Origin: Macrostomum lignano
Taxonomy: Eukaryota
Reading direction: 5' to 3'
Assembly (NCBI GenBank): GCA_002269645.1
Contig: NIVC01001380.1
Coordinates: 124,001-188,000, forward strand
DNA length: 64,000 bases
Position 1 is the stretch's first letter. Each line of letters starts with the position of its first letter. The translations under genes and the position numbers were made by a program. Positions 12,436 to 25,657 of this stretch are shown in pieces. The notes under the pieces are model-generated. The model made no database searches. It worked only from the letters and a program-made list of their open reading frames with translations, and had not been told where the DNA came from.

Positions 12436-12649
12436 CTCAATTTTCCGGGATGCTTTGACAAACTCTAAACTTCAAAGGCCTTAAGATTACATTTATTACA
12501 CACTTTCACAAAGCCAAAATGAAATTTGTATAGGAAGTATATTTTGCCTGTGTGATTGAAATGCTTTTAGGAGCAGCTTAAAACAACTCACCTTCCCCCC
12601 TCCATTCTCTCGCTCTAATAAAGTCCCGTGTCCCTCTCTTTTATACCAG

Positions 12650-12853
12650 ACTTCATGGGCATGCAGCTCATTGGCAGCATCCTGCGCAACTGCGGCGCCT
12701 TCTTCATCAGGCGCAGCTTCGCTACAGATAGAGTCTATTGGCTCACCTTTGTTGAATACGTCAAAACCCACGTGCGCGACGGCCTGCATCCTGTGGAATT
12801 CTTTATCGAAGGCACCCGCAGTCGGACTGGGAAGTCGCTGTACCCCAAGACAG
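12650..12853 (+). CDS. GNPAT: GNPAT exon 3 (acyltransferase blocks GAFFIRR and FFIEGTRSRTGK)
   Basis: ttataccag| acceptor, |gtaagt donor at 12854, phase 1/1; PlsC/GPAT-family motifs. Confidence 0.95.
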
Positions 12854-13104
12854 GTAAGTTCCGTGCTCCTGACCCCGTGACCTCAGTTGACCCCTTTGAC
12901 CTCTCTTGACCTCATAACTCCACTGTACCCAATAAGTTCGGTATATCCGATGACCTCACCTGACCCCATGACCTCAGTTGATCTATTGACCTCCCATGAC
13001 CCCACTTTCCTAATGATCTTTGTTGATCCAATGACCCCACTTTACCTCAGACCTGACGAGGCCTTTCTTGCTTTGACTCGTTGCCTCACCGGATTTCACT
13101 GACA

Positions 13105-13600
13105 CTTCTCTCTCCGCCTCCCACTTTCCTTCTCCCCACCTCACTCTCCTCTCCCCCTCTCACTCTCCCTCCCCCCTCTCACTCTCCTCTCCCCCTCTCA
13201 CTCTCCCTCTCCCCCTCTCACTCTCCCTCTTCCCCTCCCACTCTCCCTCTCCCCCTCTCACTCTCCCTCTCCCCCTCCCACTCTCCCTCTCCCCCTCTCA
13301 CTCTCCCTCTCCCCCTCCCACTCTCCCTCTACCCACCTCACTCTCCTTTCCCCTCTCACTCTCCCTCTCCTCCCTCCCACTCTCCCTCTCCCCACCTCAC
13401 TCTCCTCTCCGCCTTTCACTCTCCCTCTCCGATTCCCACTTTCCTTCTCCCCACCTCACTTTCCTCCCCCCCTCTCACTCTCCCTCTCCCCCTCCCACTC
13501 TCCCCATCTCACTCTTCCTCTTCCACTCTCCCTCTCCCTCTCACTCTCCCTCTCTCCCTCTCACTCTCCCTCTCCCCCTCTCACCCTCCCTCTCCCCCTC
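13105..13600. repeat. CT-rich degenerate repeat (CACTCTCCCTCTCCCCCTCT)
   Basis: pyrimidine-only tandem units. Confidence 0.85.
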
Positions 13601-14509
13601 TAACACGGTGGCCTGGTAGTGACCTCATTACCATGTTAAAGTATATTTTTTAACAACTAATTACTTGGTTTTGCATTTTTTATGCGCAAATTCTTAGCTT
13701 AATTTCTATAGATACTACTTGTCGTTTATAGTAGCATAGCAGGAAAGTAATTCAAATACGTTTCAACGAATTTTTGGGCTCAATTTCAAGACAATCTATT
13801 TCACGGTTGAAGAAGTGACCATGAATTGTAATAAAGAATAATTTCAACACCTTCGTAGAAAAATGTGATTTTTCGTTACATTTTAACCGACTCTTTTATT
13901 AAAGTAGGAAAACTTTAAAGTTTTGCAACATCTCAGCCTGGCGCCCGCCGCCCAGGCCTCAAATTGCTGTGAAATTTGCAGAGTAAAAATCTACCGTGGT
14001 CTTGTAGGTTGGCTCTTCTTTTGCTTATTATGATAATTCTTATAGCGATCATAAAGTGGCCAACAGAACCAACTCGAGGTAGGTTTTTTAGTTGCTATGC
14101 GGGGGACATCCTGTCCCTGTGCTGTGTGTCGAGCTGAAGATTCCAGTTGAGTTGAGGTGCTACCCTCCACTCCCTCCCTTGTTGTTGGCGGTTGGGTGGC
14201 CTTTGGTCTGGGAGCCGTCCGTGTCTCAGTCTGTTCTCCAATTCTCAACTCTAAGTGTTGCGCCTGAGTGTGAAGAAGCATGGCATGGCCCAGTTTCCCA
14301 GCCAGCATCAAATCGCTAAGTCTGAAAGGTTGCTAACCTGCTCGCGCGTGTTTTCTCAGCCAGTGGGGTCTGCGTCTGTCTGTCTGCCGTCTTGTCCGGT
14401 CTTTTGGTTTTATGCATAATAATAATCATATTTAATATTTGGGCACATTTACAACTCAAGGTATTTATGACTTATGACTGACTGTTCAGGAGCAGTCCAG
14501 GAGTTAGGG

Positions 14510-14546
14510 AGTAGGCAGGAATGCGATCTATCTATCTGTCTATCTG

Positions 14547-14605
<59 letters not shown>

Positions 14606-14698
14606 GTCTATCTGTCTATCTATCTATCTATCTATCTATCTATCCATCTATCTATCTATCTATCTATCTATCCATCTATCTATCTATCTGTCTATCTG

Positions 14699-14753
<55 letters not shown>

Positions 14754-14832
14754 GTCTATCTGTCTATCTGTCTATCTGTCTATCTATCTATCTATCCATC
14801 TATAGATGTAGGCAGGAGTAGGCAGGAATGCG

Positions 14833-14903
<71 letters not shown>

Positions 14904-14904
14904 C

Positions 14905-14935
<31 letters not shown>

Positions 14936-14984
14936 ATCTATCTATCTATCTATCCATCTATCTATCTATCTATCTATCTATCTG

Positions 14985-15015
<31 letters not shown>

Positions 15016-15020
15016 GACTG

Positions 15021-15101
<81 letters not shown>

Positions 15102-15128
15102 CTATCTATCCATCTATATCTATATCTA
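14510..15128. repeat. Two (TCTA)n microsatellites, each preceded by GTAGGCAGGAATGCGA
   Basis: leader at ~14510 and ~14819 followed by TCTA arrays. Confidence 0.9.
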
Positions 15129-16009
15129 TTACACTTTAATTTTTCGTTCTTGGCAATATGATCCTTTTTCAAGTTTTAGGCTGTTAAAAAAGTATGAAAC
15201 AAGCCGAATACGTTCAAGCTTAGAAAAAATAATATCTGCAAGCCAGATAGAAGTCTAGTTTGCAGTCCGACCCTGCTGCTCTTATAGAGAACAATTTACC
15301 GAAATGTATGAAACGACAGAAGCTCAACATGACCAATAGAGCGACAGTATGAGAGCCCAGGAAATATAGCTTGAGACGAGAGAGAGTCGGAGAATTTGAA
15401 ATTTGACACAGCTGCTGTTGCAAGTGGAAATTGAAAAAGAAACAATAAGTGCTCGCATCAGGTGTTCCGGGGCTCTCCCTCACCTCCCTCTCTCACCGTG
15501 TCTTTTTCTGCTCTCAGTTTTTGTTTCGGCGGTTTTGATCGGAATTGGTTTCCATAGAATTTAGTATATCCTATAATTCAAACCGAAGGAAGTAACGACA
15601 GGTTTTTCTAAGAATCTCGAAGCAATGAAAGTTGAACTGCTCTGAAAATATGTTTTAGATATGGCAAGAAGAAGGAGAGAGAGAGAGAGCGGGCGGGGGA
15701 TCTGTTGAAGTGAGCATTTTCGTTTTAAACTGGCGTATATTATTATAACTGAGAAGTGAGGAGTTCCCGGCCTCACACACAATGCTCTGCTCAATTGCAG
15801 CTGTCCGGGGGTTCTCCGCTACAAGTGGGCAGCGGTAGTGCTCGTGCGGGCGAGGGTTAGCCGCTCTAAGGAGGTGTTGAAACAGCGTTTTCGGCTGTAA
15901 ATCCGCAATAGCTTCTCTCTGTGTCTCTTTGGCATGTATCCATTTCTGCAGTTTTGTTGCGATGCGGCCTGGAGCCAGATGGGATTGACAGCTCTGCACC
16001 CCAGCTTTC

Positions 16010-16510
16010 ACACTTCTTGTCACTCCGCTATTCACACTTCTTGTCACTCCGCTATTCACTCTCCTTGTCACACCGCTATTCACTCTCCTTGTCACTCTCC
16101 TCGTCACTCTAGCTTTCACTCTCCTTGTCGCTCTCCTCGTCACTCTAGCTTTCACTCTCCTTGTCACTCTAGCTGTCACTCTCCTTGTCACTCTCCTTGT
16201 CACTCTAGCTGTCACTCTCCTTGTCACTCTAGCTGTCACTCTTCTTGTCACTCTTCTTGTCACTCTAGTTTTCACTCTCCTTGTCACTCTAGCTGTCACT
16301 CTCCTTGTCACTCTAGCTGTCACTCTCTTTGTCACTCTAGCTTTCACTCTCTTTGTCACTCTAGCTTTCACTCTCCTTGTCACTCTAGCTGTCACTCTCC
16401 TTGTCACTCTAGCTGTCACTCTCTTTGTCACTCTAGCTTTCACTCTCCTTGTCACTCTAGCTGTCACTCTCCTTGTCACTCTAGCTTTCACTCTCCTTGT
16501 CACTCACTCT
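16010..16510. repeat. 24-bp minisatellite (CACTCTAGCTGTCACTCTCCTTGT)
   Basis: 12+12-bp subunits; shares its core with the 10688-11660 array. Confidence 0.9.
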
Positions 16511-17042
16511 CTCTATTAGCTTTAAAACGAAAGCAAGTTTTTAACCGTCTGCAAAAGTAAAACGAAAAAGACAGAAGAACCTGCCAGCCTACAGTTGTCT
16601 GAAAAAAACAGTTTTTGCAATTCCTAACTGCCACTTCGCATGCTTATTATAATCCTAAGTGTAGCGTTCCGTATTTAATATTATATCGTCGTGGCTGCTC
16701 ATACTTGAAATTATAACATTACAGAAATGCAAGTGTGAGAAATTTTTCTAATGCAGCTGGTTTCTCTCTCTGCGTTTGCTTTGAATATCTTAGTTGGCCA
16801 TTCTGCAAGTCTATTATACTGGCTATGATCTCGTATTCTGGCTCTGAGGTGTTGGGGGGGGGTTTGTGTCATTTGTGTTAGTATGCGGGCGATACTTATA
16901 AGATCCGTATATTGTTATAGCACTTGTTTGGGCGATTCATGCGCTGCGACCACGTTGCAGTGCGTTTTTAGCGGCTTGGGATCTGCTATAGTGGAATGAA
17001 ATTTTTCTAGGTGTTATAATATACATGTAGGGTTTTGTAATA

Positions 17043-17495
17043 TAGGGTTCTGTGAGGGTTCTGTAATCTAGGGGGTTCTGTATTCTAGGGTTCTGTAATC
17101 TAGGGGGTTCTGTAATCTAGGGGGGTTCTGTATTCTAGGGTTCTGTAATCTAGGGGGTTCTGTAATCTAGGGGGGTTCTGTATTCTAGGGTTCTGTAATC
17201 TAGGGGGTTCTGTAATGTAGGGTTCTGTAATCTATGGTTCTGTATTCTAGGGTTCTGTATTCTAGGGGGTTCTGTATTCTAGGGTTCTGTAATCTAGGAT
17301 TCTGTAATCTAGGGTTCTGTAATCTATGGTTCTGTAATGTAGGGGGTTCTGTATTCTAGGGTTCTGTAATCTAGGGGGTTCTGTATTCCAGGGTTCTGTA
17401 ATGTAGGGTTCTGTAATCTATGGTTCTGTATTCTAGGGTTCTGTATTCTAGGGGGTTCTGTATTCTAGGGTTCTGTATTCTAGGGTAGGGGTTCT
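17043..17495. repeat. 16-19-bp minisatellite (GGGTTCTGTAATCTAG, variable G run)
   Basis: tandem copies. Confidence 0.9.
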
Positions 17496-18284
17496 ATAAT
17501 CCAAGATCTCAACCTACAATCGCTAATCTAGGATCTCTAATCTAGCGTCTCTAATTTAGAAACTTATGGGATCTAAGCTCAGTATTTCTCTTCTCTTCAC
17601 ACATCCTATAACTAATTATTGGCAAACAGTTAATATTCCTGTAGCAATGTCACCCGCAAAGCAAGAACTGGTGCACTTGTACTTAACTTTAGACAGACTC
17701 ATATGAATAAGCTTTGCTATAACAGCAGACAAGTTCTATAATTGGAAATAATTAAGATTTCATTGAGTCAGTAATAATTGCTGTCTAAATCCTTCATTGG
17801 GTCGGTTTCATCTTGGTTGTTAAATTTAGCAATGCCATATAATATATATTTTGATTGTGCTGTGATGATTAGATGGGAAAAATAGTGTTAATTAAAGAGC
17901 TTTGCCGACAAACTATAGAACTAGTGCTAAAACTGAATTATTAATTAGATTGAGGTGTGCACGTGTTTTGCTCTCGGAGTAACGCAGCATTATTTCTCTG
18001 GGTTTGTTGCCGCTGCTGTTAAGCCTAAAAAGCAATTTCTTTACGAATCCCTCACTCACAAGCTGCAAAGCCGCTCTACCAGCTGAGGGTTCTTCATCAA
18101 CCAGCTAAATTGCAGGTGTTGAATTACAAACACTCAATGCCGACACTTAATAATGTAGAGAGGTTTTTCTACAGCCATTTCTCTAGTCCAATTTTGCCAT
18201 CTTCTTTCAAGCTCATTTTTGTTTCCTGAAATTCACGATACTGACAATTTATAGTTTATCCAACATTGAGAGAGTCATTGAAGT

Positions 18285-19700
18285 GAGAGTCTGGTCATTG
18301 GGAGACTGGTCATCGGGAGTCTGGTCATTGCGAGACTGGTCATTTGAGAGTCTGATCATTTGAGAGTCTGGTCATTGGAAGTTAGGTCATTTGAGAGTCT
18401 GGTCATTTGAGAATCTGGTCATTTCAGAGTCTGGTCATTTGAGAGTCTGGTCATTTGAGAGTTTGGTCATTGGGAGTCAGGTCATTGGGAGTCAGGTCAT
18501 TGGGAGTCAGGTCATTTGAGAGTCTGGTCATTTGAGAGTCTGGTCATTTGAAAGTCTGGTCATTGGGTGTCAGGTAATTTGAGAGTCTGGTCATTTGAGA
18601 ATCTGGTCATTGGGAGTCAGGTTATTTGAGAATCTGGTCATTTGAGAGTCTGGTCATTGAGAGTCTGGTCATTTGAGAGTCTGGTCATTGGGAGTCAGGT
18701 AATTTGAGAGTCTGGTCATTTGAGAGTCTGGTCATTGGAAGTTAGGTCATTTGAGAGTCTGATCATTTGAGAATCTGGTCATTTGAGAGTTTGGTCATTG
18801 GAAGTCAGGTTATTTGAGAATCTGGTCATTTGAGAGTCTGGTCATTGAGAGTCTGGTCATTTGAGAATCTGGTCATTTGAGAGTTTGGTCATTGGAAGTC
18901 AGGTTATTTGAGAATCTGGTCATTTGAGAGTCTGGTCATTGAGAGTCTGGTCATTTGAGAGTCTGGTCATTGGGAGTCAGGTAATTTGAGAGTCTGGTCG
19001 TTTGAGAGTCTGGTCATTTGAGAATCTGGTCATTTGAGAGTCTGGTTATTGGAAGTTAGGTCATTTGAGAGTCTGGTCATTGGAAGTTAGGTCATTTGAG
19101 AGTCTGGTCATTTGAGAATCTGGTCATTGGGAGTCTGGTCATTTATGAATCTGGTCATTTGAGAGTCTGGTCATTTGAGAGTCAGGTCATTGGGAGTCAG
19201 GTCATTGGGAGTCGTGTCATTGGGAGTCTGGTCATTTGAGAGTCTGGTCATTGGGAGTCTGGTAATTGAGAGTCTGGTCATTTGAGAGTCAGGTCATTGG
19301 GAGTCTGGTCATTGAGAGTCTGGTCATTTGAGAGTCTGGTCATTTGAGAGTCTGGTCATTTGAGAGTCAGGTCATTGGGAGTCGTGTCATTGGGAGTCTG
19401 GTCATTTGAGAGTCTGGTCATTGGGAGTCTGGTCATTTGAGAGTCTGGTCATTTGAGAGTCAGGTAATTGGGAGTCAGGTCATTGAGAGTCTGGTCATTG
19501 GGAATCTGGTCATTTGAGAGTCTGGTCATTTGAGAGTCTGGTCATTGGGAGTCAGGTCATTGGGAGTCGTGTCATTGGGAGTCTGGTCATTTGAGAGTCT
19601 GGTCATTGGGAGTCTGGTAATTGAGAGTCTGGTCATTTGAGAGTCAGGTAATTGGGAGTCAGGTCATTGAGAGTCTGATCATTGGGAGTCTGATCATTGG
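18285..19700. repeat. 15/16-bp minisatellite (GAGAGTCTGGTCATTT)
   Basis: ~90 tandem copies. Confidence 0.95.
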
Positions 19701-20467
19701 GTGTTTATTGGAGTCTAGTAGCTAGTAACTAACTCTCAACGCTTAGCAAACATCAACAAACAGACTGCCAGAATCCATTGTCACTGGCACAATATAATTA
19801 TACTCATAATCCTTACTTTCTGATTGCTTAGTCATCCGTGTCAAACCTTTCTGACACTCTCTTTCATTTGTATATAGCAGATTGATTTCAGTAATTGAGA
19901 CAAGAGGTGGAATCCTCTTGTTTTTGTTGCTTACAGCGCTGTTAGGGCTGACCCACTAGCACAGGTAATAAAGGGATCTCATCTTCATTTACAGTCGATG
20001 CATATTTCATTTCTTGCCACTATGATAGTTTAGCTCACACAAAGTATGCAATGCAGAAAATTGCTGACACACACATGAGCTCACATTTGGCATGGCAATT
20101 GAGGCTTGGGACAGAGAGTTGTTGGCCACTCACTCCCTCTATGCACCCGCACCTCCCGCGCCTCTCGTTTCCCCACCCTGCAGCCCAGCGGCCACCCGTT
20201 TTTAACCAAACTAATATAATAGTCCCTGGTTTATGGCGCCCGACTGTCTGCCGGAGTTTCCAAGACTTGACTGCGATGCCCTCCTGCCGCTGCCTTCATT
20301 CATTCATTTCCAGTTCACGCTGTTTTTTGTCCTCTCTGCTCTGGCCCCCTCTCTCTGCAGCTCTTCATTTTGACAAGTGGAGCTTATTTATTTATATATA
20401 TATACATATATAGCTACTGCTAAAGGCTGTAGTGTCGCGATTAAACGGCCAAGTAAATTTCAGTTTG

Positions 20468-20498
<31 letters not shown>

Positions 20499-20817
20499 AG
20501 CTGTGACTATGCAGCATGCATTGGCATTTTTATAGTGTAGTCTTCTAAACCCGCTGGAGTTAAGCTTTAAGCCCGCTGATGGTAATTTTCTCGCATTGTG
20601 CGTTTGGGATTGCTAGTACCGCTCCTTGCCCAACTTGGCTTTTCCCATGCCACTCTCTCGCGCACTGGTATTAATAACCATATAAAAATAATAACATTTG
20701 TTTTTATGAATCATCCGAGTGTGATTGAGACGAGTGAATGCTAGGGATTTGAGGGTTCGGGATTGAATTTCTGGCCAAGCTGTCATTGATGATTTTAGCT
20801 TGTGTAATGACTGCTTC

Positions 20818-21730
20818 TGGTGGCTGACCTGAGTCAAAGATGGTGGCTGACCTGAGTCAAAGATGGTGGCTGACCTGAGTCAAAGATGGTGGCTGACCTG
20901 AGTCAAAGATGATAGATGAACTGAGTCAAAGATGGTGGCTGACCTGAGTCAAAGATGATAGATGAACTGAGTCAAAGATGGTGGCTGACCTGAGTCAAAG
21001 ATGGTGGCTGACCTGAGTCAAAGATGGTGGCTGAACTGAGTCAAAGATGGTGGCTGACCTGAGTCAAAGATGGTGGCTGACCTGAGTCAAAGATGATAGA
21101 TGAACTGAGTCAAAGATGGTGGCTGACCTGAATCAAAGATGGTGGCTGACCTGAGTCAAAGATGATAGATGAACTGAACCAAAGATGGTGGCTGACCTGA
21201 GTCAAAGATGGTGGCTGACCTGAGTCAAAGATGGTGGCTGAACTGAGTCAAAGATGGTGACTGACCTGAGTCAAAGATGATAGATGAACTGAGTCAAAGA
21301 TGGTGTCTGACCTGAGTCAAAGATGGTGGCTGACCTGAGTCAAAGATGATAGATGAACTGAGTCAAAGATGGTGGCTGAACTGAGTCAAAGATGGTGGCT
21401 GAACTGAGTCAAAGATGATAGATGAACTGAACCAAAGATGGTGGCTGAACTGAGTCAAAGATGGTGGCTGACCTGAGTCAAAGATGATAGATGAACTGAA
21501 CCAAAGATGGTGGCTGAACTGAGTCAAAGATGGTGGCTGACCTGAGTCAAAGATGATAGATGAACTGAGTCAAAGATGGTGGCTGACCTGAGTCAAAGAT
21601 GATAGATGAACTGAGTCAAAGATGGTGGCTGACCTGAATCAAAGATGGTGGCTGACCTGAGTCAAAGATGGTGGCTGACCTGAGTCAAAGATGGTAGATG
21701 AACTGAACCAAAGATGGTGGCTGAAGTTAG
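20818..21730. repeat. 23-bp minisatellite (TGGTGGCTGACCTGAGTCAAAGA)
   Basis: ~40 copies with GATAGATGAAC variant units. Confidence 0.95.
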
Positions 21731-22054
21731 TCAAACATTGCGGATGAAGATAAGTGAAGTGTGTGACGCAAAACTTGTCAGTGGGATGATTCGAAATCAA
21801 ATGCTGATTAAAAAGAACTGCATTAGTTAAGTTCCTATTGTCTCAGTCTCATCCAGCTCTGTAAAAAAATCAATCAAACAGTAAATTGAGCAAGTTTAAA
21901 GCAGAACCGGAATCAATATGTATATATAAATATATATAGGCCCGCTTGGCACTTCATGTTTGCAAATAAAGTAGGAAAAAACGTAGAGAGACACAGTAAA
22001 CACAGAGGAAATTGGGTCGAATTCTAAAACTCATTTCTTTTTAGGCGTTGTTAG

Positions 22055-22057
<3 letters not shown>

Positions 22058-22132
<75 letters not shown>

Positions 22133-22134
22133 GA
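22058..22134. repeat. (GA)n microsatellite
   Basis: direct reading. Confidence 0.95.
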
Positions 22135-22435
22135 GGTTTAAGTGGCTCCTTGGGTTCCTGTTGAATTGTCAGGTAGGTTGGTTGGCTGGTGTCGACTTAC
22201 CCACTTGTGCTGAAGTCGATTCTGCCAACTGAGTGAGTCTATAACCAGTTCAAACAAAAAAGTTATTTACCGTATCACCACCAGCTTATGTAGAGTTTGG
22301 GAAGCGAAGTCAGCTGGTGGTAGAGGGAAGAGAGACTCATTGATCGAATAGGAACTGTGTATTTCTTTTGGAAATCGAAAGAAAAGCTTCTACATGTATC
22401 TAAACTTTTGTTATCTGCTGGGGGTTAGTTGGTGG

Positions 22436-22707
22436 TGGAATCCCATTCCCCTGATATTCAGGAATCCCATTCCTCTGAGATTCAGGAATCCCATTCCCCT
22501 GATATTCAGGAATCCCATTCCTCTGAGATTCAGGAATCCCATTCCTCTGAGATTCAGGAATCCCATTCCTCTGAGATTCAGGAATCCCATTTCCCTGATA
22601 TTCAGGAATCCCATTCCTCTGAGATTCAGGAATCCCATTCCCCTGATATTCAGGAATCCCATTCCTCTGAGATTCAGGAATCCCATTTCCCTGATATTCA
22701 GGAATCC
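22436..22707. repeat. 24-bp minisatellite (GGAATCCCATTCCTCTGAGATTCA)
   Basis: ~11 copies. Confidence 0.9.
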
Positions 22708-23349
22708 CTTTTTTGTTTTAGTTTTTGAGAAGACACTGCGATGACGGATTTATAAAGTTGACAATTTTGCTTCAGACAACCAGTCGGATAATTTTACAAC
22801 TTAATTGGACAGTTCAAATATTGCGCAACCAAGCATGAGTTTTATTGCGAATTGATTGAGTGAGACTATATTATAAAATTTGGCTATAATGCGATTGTGT
22901 CAAAGTCTCCAGTTGGTGAACAATGCGTTCTAGCTATATCCCCCTTGAGAATTGAGCAAGTTTAACACCTAAATCGGCTTAGCAGCTGAGCTCAGGGGTG
23001 TATTTAATCCGTCCTAGAGACAAAAATCTTCCAGCACACCTGGTAAAAATTTATTGGCCACTTCTACCCCCCCCCCCTGTCAGTCACGCAGTTGATTGCT
23101 TGTGCTGACAATAAGGGACTGAAAACCGGATCAAGTGAAATGAAAACAATGAGGCTCTAATAAAGCATTGGTTTAACTGAAAGTTGAAAATGATTGCAAA
23201 AAGAATGCAAAGGCTACTTAAGGAGCTTTTAATCTCGTGCGCACTGAACCGTGGTGAAGTATTTTGGTTGCAAAGTTTGCTTTGTTATATTGCTCAAGAA
23301 AATTTTGTTTAGTGAGATACTAAATCATAGTTTATTTCATAATCTGTTG

Positions 23350-23926
23350 ATGAATACTCAAGGCGCCATTGACTGCGCGCTATTAAATACTCAAGGCGCC
23401 AATGGACTGCGCGCGCTATTAAATACTCAAGGCGCCATTGGCCAATCGAACAGGCGCGCTATTAAATACTCAAGGCGCCAATGGAACAGGCCCGCTGTTA
23501 AATACTCAAGGCGCCAATTGACTGCGCGCGCTATTAAATACTCAAGGCGCCAATGGAACAGGCGCGCTATTAAATACTCAAGGCGCCAATGGAACAGGCG
23601 CTCTATTAAATACTCAAGGCGCCAATTGACTGCGCGCGCTATTAAATACTCAAGGCGCCAATGGAACAGGCGCTCTATTAAATACTCAAGGCGCCAATGG
23701 AACAGGCGCTCTATTAAATACTCAAGGCGCCAATGGAACAGGCGCGCTATTAAATACTCAAGGCGCCAATGGAACAGGCGCGCTATTAAATACTCAAGGC
23801 GCCAATGGAACAGGCGCGCTATTAAATACTCAAGGCGCCAATGGAACAGGCGCGCTATTAAATACTCAAGGCGCCAATGGAACAGGCGCGCTATTAAATA
23901 CTCAAGGCGCCAATGGAACAGGCGCC
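23350..23926. repeat. 36-bp minisatellite with GGCGCC core (TTAAATACTCAAGGCGCCAATGGAACAGGCGCGCTA)
   Basis: ~16 copies. Confidence 0.95.
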
Positions 23927-24811
23927 ACTAATTAGTTGCTAAACGCTATAAAATGTGTCAACCAGTTAACACTCGGCAGAAAACGCGGGGCCCTGATAAA
24001 ATTCAATTGAAAATCGTTTCCAACTGAAGTTTGAACGGGAACGTGAGGGGGGGCATAGTAGCCAGCATGCACACACTTAACTTCAGCTGTTGACCGTTTC
24101 AATTCAATTCGAATGGTGAAAATATGTGTATATATATGCATATCGGTAGAACCAGAGCCCAGGATAGACGCAGAGAGCATCTACTCATAGAGAGGGAATA
24201 GACTCAAGATGATGACACTTCAATTCGTGCATTAAAAATTTGCCGAATTGCGATATAAATAAGGCATTCTTGAGCTTTAGCCATAGCTTGATATATAGTG
24301 TTTCAACAACTGGAGTGGGGGTTGGCTGAGGAGGTCTTTTACACACACACACGCGGCCGTGAACTGAGATTGAGTTGGGAATTTTGGGATCCAAGTGAAG
24401 CCATTTGGCGTGTAATATTTACGTGTGATATATGAGGGCTTGGTTTGGCTTGAAATATTGAAAAAGAAATTGGGAAGCGGCGATCTCGAAAAAAATTCCC
24501 ATACTTAAGTTGCTCACATCTGGGCGTCTAGTAACTCAATCTCCTCTGACGGGGCCGGTCACAAAAATGGGAGAGGAGAACAGGGGGGGGGGTGAGCAGC
24601 ATGACTGACATTCGATTTCCTAATGAGGTTAATTTTCTTACCCTAGAAACTCTTCCAGTTCGCATAGTTAACGGTCCCTGAGATTTATAATTCGAGTAAA
24701 TAGAGCTTGATTTCAATATTAATTGATTGATGACACACAATATGCTACCAGTTTTATTTTCTTTACTATATGCTGCTCCATTACTTCATGTTTTGCTCTA
24801 TTTTTTATTTG

Positions 24812-25657
24812 TTGGCGCCATGAGACAGAGTAGCCAGTGTTTGGCACCATGAGAAAAGCCTGTGTTTGGCGCCATGAGACAGAGTAGCCAGTGTTTGGCG
24901 CCATGAGAAAAGCCAGTGTTTGGCGCCATGAGACGGAGTAGCCAGTGTTTGGCGCCATGAGAAAAGCCTGTGTTTGGCGCCATGAGAAAAGCCAGTGTTT
25001 GGTGCCACGATAAAAGCCAGTGCTTAGGCGCCACGAGAAAAGCCAGTACTGTGCTTGGCACCATGAGAAAAGCCAGTACAGTGCTTGGCACCATGAGAAA
25101 AGCCAGTGTTTGGCACCATGAGAAAAGCCAGTGTTTGGCGCCATGAGAAAAGCCAGTGCTTGGCGCCATGAAAAAAGCCAGTGCTTGGCACCATGAGAAA
25201 AGCCAGTGTTTGGCACCATGAGAAAAGTTAGTGCAGGGTACCATGAGAAAAGCCAGTGCTTGGCGCCATGAGAAAAGCCAGTGCTTGGCACCATGAGAAA
25301 AGCCAGTGTTTGGCACGATGAGAAAAGCCAGTGTTTGGCGCCATGAGAAAAGCCAGTGTTTGGCACCATGAGAAAAGTTAGTGCAGGGTACCATGAGAAA
25401 AGCCAGTGCTTGGCGCCATGAGAAAAGCCAGTGTTTGGCACCATGAGAAAAGCCAGTGCTTGGCGCCATGAGAAAAGCCAGTGTTTGGCACCATGAGAAA
25501 AGCCAGTGCTTGGCGCCATGAGAAAAGCCAGTACAGTGCTTGGCTTCATGAGAAAAGCCAGTGTTTAGCGCCATGAGAAAAGCCAGTGTTTGGCGTCATG
25601 AGAAAAGCCAGTACAGTGCTTGGCGCCATGAGAAAAGCCAGTGCTTGGCGCCATGAG
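24812..25657. repeat. 25-bp minisatellite with GGCGCC core (GAGAAAAGCCAGTGTTTGGCGCCAT)
   Basis: ~30 copies. Confidence 0.95.

Noticed and set aside
15655-15990. Non-repetitive tail of ORF 15655-16503 as an exon
   Set aside because: No recognisable domain or consistent splice sites linking it to any gene
17043-17495. Telomere-like CTAGGG repeats
   Set aside because: The unit is 16-19 bp with only incidental TAGGG, not (TTAGGG)n
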